Assembly: GCA_035708165.1 (NCBI GenBank)
Contig: DASSSZ010000003.1
Coordinates: 23,954-87,953 of the forward strand
DNA from: Minisyncoccota bacterium
GTDB taxonomy: Bacteria; Patescibacteriota; Minisyncoccia; Phycocordibacterales; UBA2100
DNA: 64,000 nt
Direction of reading: 5' to 3'
Below the pieces are notes generated by a model. The model had not been told where the DNA came from and searched no databases. It worked only from the letters and a program-made list of their open reading frames with translations. The position numbers and the translations under genes are program-made. How positions within the stretch are numbered: the first letter of the stretch is position 1; each line of letters starts with the position of its first letter. Positions 8,635 to 18,044 of the stretch are shown piece by piece.

Positions 8635-11001
8635 ATGGATATTTCTAACGAAGCGGGGCTCTCTGAGGCAGACGTCGCGGCAGCGCTCAAGCAATACGGT
8701 CCGAATACGTTACCCGAAAAGAAGAAGAACTGGTTCACGCGGCTGTGGGGGTGGGTCGCCTCGCCGATCACGGTCATGCTGCTCCTCGCGGCAGGCCTCT
8801 CCTGGTACGCCGGCAAGCATGCCGATGCCTGGATCATCCTCGCGCTCTTCGTGGTCAATATCACGATCAGCATCTGGCACGAATGGAAGACCGACGACTC
8901 CATCGCCAAGCTGCAGAAGCGCCTCGAGCTCTCCGTGCGCACCAAGCGCTCGGGGAAATGGGAATGGATCCCCTCGACGCAGCTGGTGCCGGGCGACATC
9001 ATCACCCTCTCGATCGGCGCCGTCGTGCCGGCCGACGCGACGATCCTCAAGGCAGAGAACCTCTCGATCAATGAGTCGGTGCTGACCGGCGAATCGCTCC
9101 CGAAGGAGAAGAAGGTCGACGAGACGGCATACTCCGGCTCGTTCGTCGCGACCGGCTCCGGCGTCGCGCGCGTGACGGCGACCGGCGGCAATACCAACTT
9201 CGGCAAGACGGTCGGGCTCGTGGAGCGCACGAAGCGCCGCAGCGCGCTCGAGACCGATATCCTCACCATCTCGACCGGCATCTCGATCGCGAGCATCGTC
9301 GTGGTCGTGCTGCTCTCCGGGGCGTTCATGTTCTGGCTGCATGCGCCGTGGATCGACCTCGTCACGCTCGATCTCTCGCTCCTCATCGCGGGCATCCCGG
9401 TCGCGCTGCCGACCGTGATGAGCCTCATCGTCTCCGTCGGCGTGGTGCAGCTCGCCAAGAAGCATGTCATCGTGCGGCGGCTCTCCTCGCTCGAGGACCT
9501 GGCCAACGTGGACCTGCTGCTCTCCGATAAGACCGGCACGCTCTCGGAGAACAAGCTGCACATCGAGCAGGTGATCCTCTTCAATGCCGCCTCCGATGAA
9601 GAGGTGATCCAGGAAGCGCTCGATGCGGCGTTCGATACGGAGCGCGACGACTACGGCGTCGCCGTCGCCGCGAAAGCCAAGGAGCTCGGGATCACGCAGC
9701 ACGCGCAGATCGAGGTCCTGCCGGGCGACTCCGAGCGCAAGCGCGGCACCGGCATCATCCAGGGCGAGAGCGGCGAATACGTCGTCTCCTACGGCTCGCC
9801 GCACACCATCCAGTCGCTGTGCGACATGGATGCGAAGGAGACGGAATCGTTCGGGCAGCATCTCACCGAGGCTGCGCAGCAAGGATTCCGCGTGATGGCG
9901 GTCGCCATCAACCGCGCGGGCAGGGATGAGGCGCATATGTCGCTCTCCGGGCTGATGCTCATCTCCGATCGGCTGCATCCGGATGCGCCGGCGGCGATCG
10001 CGTTCATGCGCGAGCACGGCATCGGAGTGAAGATGGTCACCGGCGACAACTTCGAGGTGAGCCGCCGCGCAGCATCCGAGCTCGCGCTCGAAGGGACGAT
10101 CTACCGCCGCGACGTGCTCGACCAGGGGAAGGAAGCGATCGCGTCGGTGCTGCCGGACGCAGCCGGCTTCGCGGAAGTCCTGCCGAAGGACAAGTTCGCT
10201 ATCGTGCAGGCGGCGCGGCTCGGGCACATCGTGGCCGTGACCGGCGACGGCATCAACGACCTGCCGGCCGTGCACGAGGCGGATGTGGGCTTCGCGGTCG
10301 CGAACGCGGTGGACGCCTTGAAGACCACGGCGGACATCGTCCTGCTCGAGAATGGCGTGTCGCGCATCCGGGACGCGATCATCGAGGCGCGCCAGATCTT
10401 CTTCCGGCTCGGCAATTATGCGCTCTACCGCATCTCGGAGAGCTTCCGCGTCATCATCACGATCGCGGTGCTCGGCATCCTCTACCGCACGTACCCGCTC
10501 GTGCCGGTGCAGCTGATCGTGCTCGCGTTCCTCAACGACGTGCCGATCATCACGCTCGCGTTCGATCGCGTGAAGCAGGCTGCGAAGCCGCAGCACGTGG
10601 ATATCATCGGGCGCTTCGCCCTGGGCGGCATGTTCGGGCTCGCGGGGATCGGCAACAGTCTCATCATGTTCTTCATCATGTTCAGCATGCTGCACCTGCC
10701 ATGGGGGCAGATCGAGACGCTGTTCTTCCTCAAGCTCGTCGTTTCCGGGCACATGCTCATCTACGTGGCGCATACGAGCGAGCGATGGTGGAAGTTCCTG
10801 CCGAGCTGGCAGGTGATCGCCGCAACGCTCACCACGCAGGCCGTCGCGACCGCCTTCGCGTACTTCGGCATCTTCACCGATCCGGTCCCGCTCTCGCTCA
10901 TTGCCCTCATCTGGGCGTGGTCGTTCCTCTGGATGCAGATCTCCGAGGGGATGAAGCCGCTCCGGCTCGCGATCATGGGACGCGCACACCCAGCGCATTA
11001 G
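8635..11001 (+). CDS. P-type ATPase, plasma-membrane proton-efflux (type IIIA)-like
   Basis: TGES, GIPVALPTV, DKTGT, MVTGD, TGDGIND, YRISES, FLND. Confidence 0.9.
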   Translation: MDISNEAGLSEADVAAALKQYGPNTLPEKKKNWFTRLWGWVASPITVMLLLAAGLSWYAGKHADAWIILALFVVNITISIWHEWKTDDSIAKLQKRLELSVRTKRSGKWEWIPSTQLVPGDIITLSIGAVVPADATILKAENLSINESVLTGESLPKEKKVDETAYSGSFVATGSGVARVTATGGNTNFGKTVGLVERTKRRSALETDILTISTGISIASIVVVVLLSGAFMFWLHAPWIDLVTLDLSLLIAGIPVALPTVMSLIVSVGVVQLAKKHVIVRRLSSLEDLANVDLLLSDKTGTLSENKLHIEQVILFNAASDEEVIQEALDAAFDTERDDYGVAVAAKAKELGITQHAQIEVLPGDSERKRGTGIIQGESGEYVVSYGSPHTIQSLCDMDAKETESFGQHLTEAAQQGFRVMAVAINRAGRDEAHMSLSGLMLISDRLHPDAPAAIAFMREHGIGVKMVTGDNFEVSRRAASELALEGTIYRRDVLDQGKEAIASVLPDAAGFAEVLPKDKFAIVQAARLGHIVAVTGDGINDLPAVHEADVGFAVANAVDALKTTADIVLLENGVSRIRDAIIEARQIFFRLGNYALYRISESFRVIITIAVLGILYRTYPLVPVQLIVLAFLNDVPIITLAFDRVKQAAKPQHVDIIGRFALGGMFGLAGIGNSLIMFFIMFSMLHLPWGQIETLFFLKLVVSGHMLIYVAHTSERWWKFLPSWQVIAATLTTQAVATAFAYFGIFTDPVPLSLIALIWAWSFLWMQISEGMKPLRLAIMGRAHPAH

Positions 11002-11031
11002 GATCCGTCCGCGCACGGTATACTTGCCGGT

Positions 11032-11322
11032 ATGGATCCCACCCGCGAATCTGAGCTCGAGCTGCGGCTCGCGCGCATGGAAGGCACGATCGACGATCTC
11101 TCGAAGGACGTCCGCCGGATGCGCATCTACTCGCAGATCACCTTCTGGGGCGGCTTGCTCCTGTTCCTCGGGCCGATGCTCATCCTGCCGTTCGCGCTCC
11201 CGTTCTTCCTCTCGAACTACCTCGGCACGCTGTCGCTCCCGGACGACTCGGGGAGCAGCGGCGCAAGCGGGCAGGTGAGCGCGCAGGACCTCGAGCAGGC
11301 CTTGGGACAGCTCGGCTTCTAG
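11032..11322 (+). CDS. Small membrane protein, unknown
   Basis: Coiled N-terminus plus hydrophobic segment; TATACT 7 nt upstream of ATG. Confidence 0.7.
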   Translation: MDPTRESELELRLARMEGTIDDLSKDVRRMRIYSQITFWGGLLLFLGPMLILPFALPFFLSNYLGTLSLPDDSGSSGASGQVSAQDLEQALGQLGF

Positions 11323-11373
11323 TGTGGAGAGCGGCTGGCGCAGCGAGGGCGCCTGCGCTACGATAGACGCATC

Positions 11374-11880
11374 ATGAAACAGGCACTCGGCATCGCCGTA
11401 GCGCTGCTGCTCATCGGGCTCGGGTTCGTCATCTATGCGACGGGCCGCGACGTGCCTGCCGCGGACGCCTTGTCCGCGACCGCGACGCCGGAAGCATCGT
11501 TCGCGTACGCGAACGCGACTGCGGACGACATCGTCGTGGATGCGCCGCGCCCCGGCGCAGCGAGCGGCCGCACCGTCACGATCACCGGCGTGGCGCGGGG
11601 GACGTGGTACTTCGAGGCGAGCTTCCCGGCGAAGCTCGTGGCAGCCGATGGCACGACCACGCTCGCGCAGGCGGCGGCCCAGGCGCAGGGGGATTGGATG
11701 ACGACCGGCCTCGTCCCGTTCTCCGTGTCGCTCGATGCGGGAAGCTACCAGGGCCCCGCGACCATCGTGCTCTCGCGCGACAACCCGAGCGGGCTGCCGA
11801 CGTCCGATGCGAGCGTCTCGTTCCCCGTCACGATCGAAGGCGCTGCCACGGGCACCGCGACATCGAGCGCGCTGCGCTAG
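11374..11880 (+). CDS. Gmad2-type immunoglobulin-like domain protein
   Basis: TM anchor, GVARGTWYFEASFP, DWMTTGLVPF, DNPSG. Confidence 0.85.
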   Translation: MKQALGIAVALLLIGLGFVIYATGRDVPAADALSATATPEASFAYANATADDIVVDAPRPGAASGRTVTITGVARGTWYFEASFPAKLVAADGTTTLAQAAAQAQGDWMTTGLVPFSVSLDAGSYQGPATIVLSRDNPSGLPTSDASVSFPVTIEGAATGTATSSALR

Positions 11881-11909
11881 CTGCCTCCGGCATACGGTAT
11901 ACTAGGCCT

Positions 11910-12713
11910 ATGAGCCTGCTCGCACGCTTCTCCGCAATCGATTCGGAAGACAAGGCGCACGCGATCGAGTCGCTCGTCACGAGCTCAACGCCCGATTTCG
12001 ATTTCTTCTTCATGATGACGATGGCCGTCCTCATGACGACCCTCGGCCTCCTCGCGGATAGCGAGACGGTCGTCATCGGCAGCATGCTGATCGCTCCCTT
12101 GCTCTTCCCGCTGCTCGGCATCTCGCTCGGGCTCTCGATGGCCGACTACCGCCTCATCGCGCGCTCAGGCGTGACGCTCGTCAAGGCGGGCGTGCTCGCA
12201 ATCGCCGCGGCGGCCATCGCGACCCTGCTCTTCTCCTTCGCGTACACGGCCGACGGCGCGGGCGCGGAGAATGCGGTGGTGCTCGCGCGCACGCACCCCT
12301 CGCTTCTCTATCTCGCGGTGGGTATCATCGCGGGGCTCGCAGTCGCCTACGCGCAGGCGCGTCCGCGGCTCTCGGCGGCGCTGCCGGGGGTCGCGATCTC
12401 GGTCGCGCTCATCCCGCCCTTGGCCGTGGTCGGCGTGGGGCTCGCGCACCTCGACCTCGCGGTCGCGTTCGGCGCCCTGGTCATGTTCCTCATCAATGTG
12501 CTCGGGATCGTGGCTGCCTCGATGATCGTGTTCTCGCTCATGAACGTGCGCGAGGAGCAGCGCGCCGCGCAGAAGGCGATCGTGCGGGAAGACCGGCGCC
12601 TGGAGAAGGAAGAGGCGAAAGTCGCGGCCGCCGACGTCGAGCGCGCACTCGCGAGCGTCACCGAGGCGCCGGTGCTGCCGGCAGACGCGCCGCACGGGGA
12701 ATCCGCGGCATAG
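11910..12713 (+). CDS. DUF389/TIGR00341 membrane protein
   Basis: VVIGSMLIAPLL, LPGVAISVALIPPL. Confidence 0.9.
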   Translation: MSLLARFSAIDSEDKAHAIESLVTSSTPDFDFFFMMTMAVLMTTLGLLADSETVVIGSMLIAPLLFPLLGISLGLSMADYRLIARSGVTLVKAGVLAIAAAAIATLLFSFAYTADGAGAENAVVLARTHPSLLYLAVGIIAGLAVAYAQARPRLSAALPGVAISVALIPPLAVVGVGLAHLDLAVAFGALVMFLINVLGIVAASMIVFSLMNVREEQRAAQKAIVREDRRLEKEEAKVAAADVERALASVTEAPVLPADAPHGESAA

Positions 12714-12816
12714 CCAGGGATCCCTGCCAGCACCCGCAGCCGCACGCCCGCAGCGTGCGGCTTATGCCATACCGGACGTTGTGAGTCAATCAGCATGCAG
12801 GGAGTATGATGGAGGC

Positions 12817-13953
12817 ATGGAACCGCTTGCCGCGCGCATCCGCCCCGACTCGCTCGAGGCATTCGTGGGCCAGGAGCACCTCACGGGCCCGGGCAAGCCG
12901 CTGCGCGTCGCGATCGAGAAGAAGGAGCTCTTTTCGTTCATCCTCTGGGGACCGCCGGGCTGCGGCAAGACCACGCTCGCGCGCATCTACGCCAACGCCT
13001 TGGGCGCCGAGTTCCACGAGCTCTCGGCCGTGGACGCCGGCAAGGAGGACCTCAAGAAGCTCATCAAGGCCGGGCAGCTCAACTTCAGCGGCACGCCTTT
13101 GGTGATCTTCATCGATGAGATCCATCGCTTCAACAAGGCGCAGCAGGATTTCCTCCTGCCGTTCGTGGAGAACGGCACCATCACGCTGATCGGCGCGACG
13201 ACGGAGAACCCGTCCTTCGAGGTGATCTCGGCGCTCCTCTCGCGGTGCCGCGTGTTCGTGCTGCACGAGCTCACGGATGATGACATGAAGAAAGTGCTCG
13301 CGCGGGCGAACGCCCGGCTCTCGAAGGCGGCGGCCGATTGGCTGGTCGGCATGGCGCAGGGCGATGCGCGCGCGGCGCTCACGATCCTCGAGGCCGCGCA
13401 GAAGCTCTACGGGAAGGTCACGGTCGGGACGCTCACGGAAGCAGCGCAATCCGCGTACCTGCGCTACGACAAGAAAGGCGAGGAGCACTACAACGTGATC
13501 TCCGCGTTCATCAAGAGCATGCGCGCGAGCCAGGCGGATGCGGCCATCTACTACCTCGCGCGCATGGTCGAGGCAGGGGAGGATCCGAAGTTCATCGCGC
13601 GGCGGATGGTCATCTTCGCATCCGAGGATATCGGGCTCGCGGTGCCGACCGCGCTCGTGGTCGCGAACGAGGTCTTCCGCGCGGTCGAGACGATCGGCTA
13701 CCCGGAGTGTGCGATCAATCTCGCGCACGGCGTCGCGTACCTCTCGGAGTGCGCGAAGGACCGCCGCGCATACGATGCGCTGCGCGCCGCGCAAGCGGAC
13801 GTGAAGAAGCTCGGCGCCTTGCCGGTGCCGCTCAAGATCAGGAACGCGCCGACGAAGCTCATGAAGGAGCTCGAGTACGGGAAGGGATACGAGAAGTACG
13901 ATGCCGAGTCGTACCTGCCGGAGAAGCTGAAAGGGAAGAAGTACATGCCGTGA
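12817..13953 (+). CDS. rarA: Replication-associated recombination protein A (MgsA)
   Basis: WGPPGCGKTT, DEIHRFNKAQQD, GATTENP, ISAFIKSMR, SEDIG. Confidence 0.96.
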   Translation: MEPLAARIRPDSLEAFVGQEHLTGPGKPLRVAIEKKELFSFILWGPPGCGKTTLARIYANALGAEFHELSAVDAGKEDLKKLIKAGQLNFSGTPLVIFIDEIHRFNKAQQDFLLPFVENGTITLIGATTENPSFEVISALLSRCRVFVLHELTDDDMKKVLARANARLSKAAADWLVGMAQGDARAALTILEAAQKLYGKVTVGTLTEAAQSAYLRYDKKGEEHYNVISAFIKSMRASQADAAIYYLARMVEAGEDPKFIARRMVIFASEDIGLAVPTALVVANEVFRAVETIGYPECAINLAHGVAYLSECAKDRRAYDALRAAQADVKKLGALPVPLKIRNAPTKLMKELEYGKGYEKYDAESYLPEKLKGKKYMP

Positions 13954-14202
13954 GGCGAACGAAGCCCGGCCAATGCCGTGCTTGCGGGCAGGGCGGCGCT
14001 CAGCGCCTCCCTGAGGAGGGTGTGCCTGAGAGCCGCGCGGAGCCGTCTGCCGTTCGAGCCAGACGGAGCGTCCCTTGCGCTCCATGCGCGCATTCCTGCG
14101 CTGCCGCGTGCGTGATCTGCGAGCCATCAGGTCTCTGTACCGGCGCGCAGTATGCCATGCCTCCCGCTCTGCCGGAAGCCTTCGCCGTGCTACGATGCCG
14201 GC

Positions 14203-14871
14203 ATGAAGGACCTCGAAGAGCGAGCGACGCGCGCGAAGCGGATCGTCGCCTACCTCAAGAAGGCATACCCGGAACCGAAGAGCGAGCTTGCCTTCAACGC
14301 GCGCTACCCGTTCCAGTTCCTCGTCGCGGTCATGCTTTCCGCCCAGTGCACCGATAAGGCGGTGAACAAGGTGACCGCGACGCTCTTCAAGAAATACAAG
14401 ACGCCGAAGGATTTCGCGTCTGCCGACCCGGCTGCCTTCGCCGCGGAGATCAGCGCGATCCCGTTCTACAACAACAAGGCGAAGGCAATCATCGGCGCGG
14501 CGAAGAAGATCGTGGCCGAGTACGGCGGGAAGGTCCCGGCCGATCGGGCGGCGCTCGAGAGCCTGCCCGGCGTCGCCTACAAGACCGCGAACGTCGTCAT
14601 GGGCGAGCTCTTCGATATATGGGAGGGCATCCCCACGGATACGCACGTGAAGCGCTTCGCCAAGCGCTTCGACCTCACAGACAACGATGACCTTACGAAG
14701 ATCTCGAAGGATCTCGAGAGCCTCATCCCCAAGAAGGACTGGAAGTACGTGAATAACGGCCTCGTGCTCTACGGACGCTACGTGTGCCCGGCGCGCCCGC
14801 ACCCGTGCGAAGCGCATCCCTTGACGAAGCTCTGGCCGCTGGCCGCGACGCGCTGGCCTAAGGCGAAGTAG
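14203..14871 (+). CDS. nth: Endonuclease III (degenerate Fe-S motif)
   Basis: LSAQCTDKAVN, LPGVAYKTANVV, TDTHV. Confidence 0.92.
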   Translation: MKDLEERATRAKRIVAYLKKAYPEPKSELAFNARYPFQFLVAVMLSAQCTDKAVNKVTATLFKKYKTPKDFASADPAAFAAEISAIPFYNNKAKAIIGAAKKIVAEYGGKVPADRAALESLPGVAYKTANVVMGELFDIWEGIPTDTHVKRFAKRFDLTDNDDLTKISKDLESLIPKKDWKYVNNGLVLYGRYVCPARPHPCEAHPLTKLWPLAATRWPKAK

Positions 14872-14939
14872 CCGCAGCTCATTCACGGTTCATCAGGGAA
14901 GGGTACCGTAGTGCGTATTACCCGCTCACTACACACGCT

Positions 14940-15431
14940 ATGGCGACGAAGAAGGAGACATACCTCGACTGGCTGCGCGATGCGCATGCCATGGAGGAGA
15001 CGCTCGTGAAGGTCCTCGAGAAGCAGGTCGAGGAAGTGCCGGCAGATATGGGTGCCGCGAAGCAGAAGATCGAGGAGCACCTCGAGGCGACGCGCGGGCA
15101 TGCCGAGAAGGTCGCGGCATGCCTCGAGCGCAACGGCGGCTCAGTCTCAGACGCGAAGGACCTGTTCGGGAAGCTCAATGCCGGCATCCAGGGCCTCGGG
15201 ATGAGCATGATGAGCGACAAGCTCGTGAAGAACGTGCACACCTCGTACGCTGCGGAGCACTTCGAGATCGCGACATATTCGATCATCAAGGCTGCGGCAG
15301 AAGAGGTGGGCGATGTCGAAGGCGCGGACATGTGCGATGCGATCATCGCGGATGAGGAAGATATGGCCGACTGGCTCCTCGATCAGCTGCCGGTCGTCTC
15401 GAGCGATTACATCGCGTCGCTCGAAAGCTAG
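14940..15431 (+). CDS. Ferritin-like DUF892 (YciE) protein
   Basis: WLRDAHAME, HLEAT, EHFEIATY, EEDMADWL. Confidence 0.92.
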   Translation: MATKKETYLDWLRDAHAMEETLVKVLEKQVEEVPADMGAAKQKIEEHLEATRGHAEKVAACLERNGGSVSDAKDLFGKLNAGIQGLGMSMMSDKLVKNVHTSYAAEHFEIATYSIIKAAAEEVGDVEGADMCDAIIADEEDMADWLLDQLPVVSSDYIASLES

Positions 15432-15500
15432 GCTGTGCCTGCGGGATCGGAATGGGAACGGCCAGCACGCGCGTGCTGGCCGTAGGGCTGGTGAGCCGTT

Positions 15501-15713
15501 TCATTGCGTGCCGCGGATGGCGCCTGTTTCGGCGATATCCCGGTCGCGATCGGTGTCGATCGAGCCTTGGGCGGCATCAGTGTCATGCCGTCTCGAGGCA
15601 GGCGTATCGTAGGAAAGACCTGCAGGGAACCCGTTGAGTGCCGTATGCGGGTCTTTCGGCATGTACGGCCGGCTTGCGCCCGGGCGGATACCGTCGTCGC
15701 TCGAAGTAGCCAC
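15501..15713 (-). CDS. Small hypothetical protein
   Basis: GTG start preceded by AAGGAGG; 70 aa, hydrophilic. Confidence 0.4.
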   Translation of the reverse strand: MATSSDDGIRPGASRPYMPKDPHTALNGFPAGLSYDTPASRRHDTDAAQGSIDTDRDRDIAETGAIRGTQ

Positions 15714-15816
15714 ATCATCCTCCTTCTTCCTGGATTCACTATAGGGGCTGCCGGGAGAGCCGGCAAGCGGATAGAGACGGCCGCCTGCACGTGCAGGCGG
15801 CCGATCTGGCGCAGGG

Positions 15817-16059
15817 CTAGGCAGTGATGCCGCGCTCCCGCAGGAAGGTGCGCCAGTACTGAGACGAACGCGCATCCTGCGAGCCGAAGGCGGCGAAGCC
15901 GATTTCCTTCATCTCGATAGTGATCACGCCGGATCTCTCAGAGAGGCTCGCGAAGGAATAGCGGCGCGGTGCGGCGAGCATCCGCCGGACGCGGCTGATC
16001 TCATCGGCATGCTGCGATTGCCAGAGGCGATTCCGGATACGGCGATCGTGGCTGTTCAT
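15817..16059 (-). CDS. Small basic hypothetical protein
   Basis: ATG preceded by AAGGGGG; fills an intergenic gap; 80 aa. Confidence 0.5.
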   Translation of the reverse strand: MNSHDRRIRNRLWQSQHADEISRVRRMLAAPRRYSFASLSERSGVITIEMKEIGFAAFGSQDARSSQYWRTFLRERGITA

Positions 16060-16149
16060 CGGTACCCCCTTGTACGACTGCACATACGGTACGATGAAAC
16101 GCATGCCTGGTCAATGATGTGCCGATTCGCCGAGAGGTATCATGAACCC

Positions 16150-16839
16150 ATGGCCAAGCGGCGCGTCGCAGTGTTCGATGTGGACGGCACGATCTTCCGC
16201 TCGAGCTTCCTCGTCCAGATCGTCGAGGAGCTCATCGACGAGGGGCACTTCCCGATGGAAGCCGCATTCGAGTACGAGGAGGAGCGGCAGAAGTGGCTCG
16301 ATCGCGAGGGCGATTACGAAGCCTATATTGGCGCGATGGTGCAGACCTTCCGGACGCACCTCAAGGGCGTGCACTACAGCGCCTTCGCCGATGCGGCGAC
16401 GCACGTCACGGATGCGCAGTGGAAGCATACGTACCGCTACACGCGCGACCTCATCGCGGACCTGAAGAAGAACGGCTATTACCTGCTCGCGATCAGCCAC
16501 TCGCCGAAGACGATCCTCGACAAGTTCTGCCCCAGGCTCGGGTTCGATAAGACCTACGGCCTCATCTACGAGATCGGGCCGAACGACCGCTTCACCGGCG
16601 CCGTCGCGGATGAGCACCTCATCCTCAATAAGGCGGCCATCCTGCATCGTGCAGTCGAGAAGGAGGACCTCACGCTCGCGCACTCGGTCGGCGTGGGTGA
16701 CACGGAGAGCGATATCCCGTTCCTCGACGAGGTCGCGAAGCCGATCTGCTTCAACCCCAACGCGAAGCTCTATAAGTACGCGCGCAGGATGAAGTGGAAG
16801 GTGGTAGTGGAACGCAAGGACGTGGTCTACGAGCTCTGA
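16150..16839 (+). CDS. HAD-IB (SerB-like) hydrolase
   Basis: FDVDGT, ISHS, GDTESD, FNP. Confidence 0.9.
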   Translation: MAKRRVAVFDVDGTIFRSSFLVQIVEELIDEGHFPMEAAFEYEEERQKWLDREGDYEAYIGAMVQTFRTHLKGVHYSAFADAATHVTDAQWKHTYRYTRDLIADLKKNGYYLLAISHSPKTILDKFCPRLGFDKTYGLIYEIGPNDRFTGAVADEHLILNKAAILHRAVEKEDLTLAHSVGVGDTESDIPFLDEVAKPICFNPNAKLYKYARRMKWKVVVERKDVVYEL

Positions 16840-16948
16840 GCGAGGGCAGCCGCACGTGTCTCGCTGCGGGCCCGAGCTGCCGCGGCGTTTGGGCTGAAGG
16901 GATCTGCGCATGTGGAAGCCCGCGCTCATTTCCCGTATACTTGCTGCC

Positions 16949-17185
16949 ATGAAGCAGCTCCGCCGTTCCCGCGACAATCGCGTCCTCGCCGGCGTCATGG
17001 GCGGCATCGGCCGGTATTTCGATATCGATCCTACGCTCGTCCGGCTCGCCTATCTCCTCATCGCGCTCGCGACAGGCCTTCTGCCGGCGATCATCGCATA
17101 CGTCGTCGCCATCTTCGTCATCCCGGACGATACGCCGACCTACCATGTCATCGACGAGGATCGCGACGACGCGCAGCGCAGCTAG
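16949..17185 (+). CDS. PspC domain protein
   Basis: LRRSRDNRVLAGVMGGIGRYFDIDPTLVRL. Confidence 0.92.
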   Translation: MKQLRRSRDNRVLAGVMGGIGRYFDIDPTLVRLAYLLIALATGLLPAIIAYVVAIFVIPDDTPTYHVIDEDRDDAQRS

Positions 17186-17993
17186 CGCGGCTCGGATCCG
17201 CCGCCTGCGCGAGACGGTGCTCGCGTACTACCAGGCGCACGGCCGGCACGACCTGCCCTGGCGGCACACCGCCTCGGCGTACCGCATCATGGTCTCGGAG
17301 GTGATGCTCCAGCAGACGCAGGTGCCGCGCGTGATCGAGAAGTACCGTGCATTCACGAAGGCATTCCCGACGGTGCGCGCGCTCGCCGAGGCGCCGCTTG
17401 CGGACGTGCTGCGCGCCTGGAGCGGGCTCGGGTATAACCGGCGCGCAAAGTACCTGCACGAGGCGGCGAAGCGGGTCGTCGCCGAGCACGGCGGCAGGAT
17501 GCCCACGACGGCTGCGGCGCTCGAGGCGCTGCCCGGCATCGGCCCGTATACCGCGCGCGCAATCGCCGCGTTCGCGTACGACGCGCCCGGCACCTTCATC
17601 GAGACGAACATCCGCGCCGTCTTCATCCACCACTGCTTCCCGGGACGCGACGCGGTCGCCGACGCCGAGCTCCTGCCCTTGATCGAGCGGGCAGGGCAGG
17701 GGCTCTCGCCGCGCCTGTGGTACAGCGCCCTCATGGATTACGGCACGCACCTCAAGCAGACGAGCGGCAACGCCGCCCGCCGCAGCAAGCACCACGTGCG
17801 GCAGCAGCGGTTCGAAGGGTCGCTGCGTCAGGCGCGCGGTGCGATCCTGCGCGCGCTCGCGGACGGCCCCGTGCGCGAAGCGGCGCTCCTAGGAGCGCTC
17901 GGGCAGCCGCCGGAGCAGCTCGAGCGCGCGCTCGCGGGGCTTGCGAAAGACGGCCTCATCGCGAAGCAGGGTACCCGCTGGCAGCTCGCCTGA
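17145..17993 (+). CDS. mutY: A/G-specific adenine glycosylase (MutY-like, no Fe-S cysteines)
   Basis: DLPWR, SEVMLQQTQV, WSGLGYNRRA, LPGIGPYTA. Confidence 0.9.
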   Translation: MSSTRIATTRSAASAARIRRLRETVLAYYQAHGRHDLPWRHTASAYRIMVSEVMLQQTQVPRVIEKYRAFTKAFPTVRALAEAPLADVLRAWSGLGYNRRAKYLHEAAKRVVAEHGGRMPTTAAALEALPGIGPYTARAIAAFAYDAPGTFIETNIRAVFIHHCFPGRDAVADAELLPLIERAGQGLSPRLWYSALMDYGTHLKQTSGNAARRSKHHVRQQRFEGSLRQARGAILRALADGPVREAALLGALGQPPEQLERALAGLAKDGLIAKQGTRWQLA

Positions 17994-17996
17994 GCT

Positions 17997-18036
17997 GGTG
18001 CTCATGAGCATGCTACTGAGCATGCTCATGAGCACC
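17997..18036. terminator. 18-bp perfect inverted repeat between convergent genes
   Basis: GGTGCTCATGAGCATGCT-ACTG-AGCATGCTCATGAGCACC. Confidence 0.65.
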
Positions 18037-18044
18037 GCGCTTCA

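Noticed and set aside
13954-14200. Possible glycine riboswitch (CTCTCAGG on the minus strand) or small basic ORF between rarA and nth
   Set aside because: Other aptamer motifs (GGAGA, CCGAAG) are absent, there is no suitable downstream gene, and the ORF has no independent stop.
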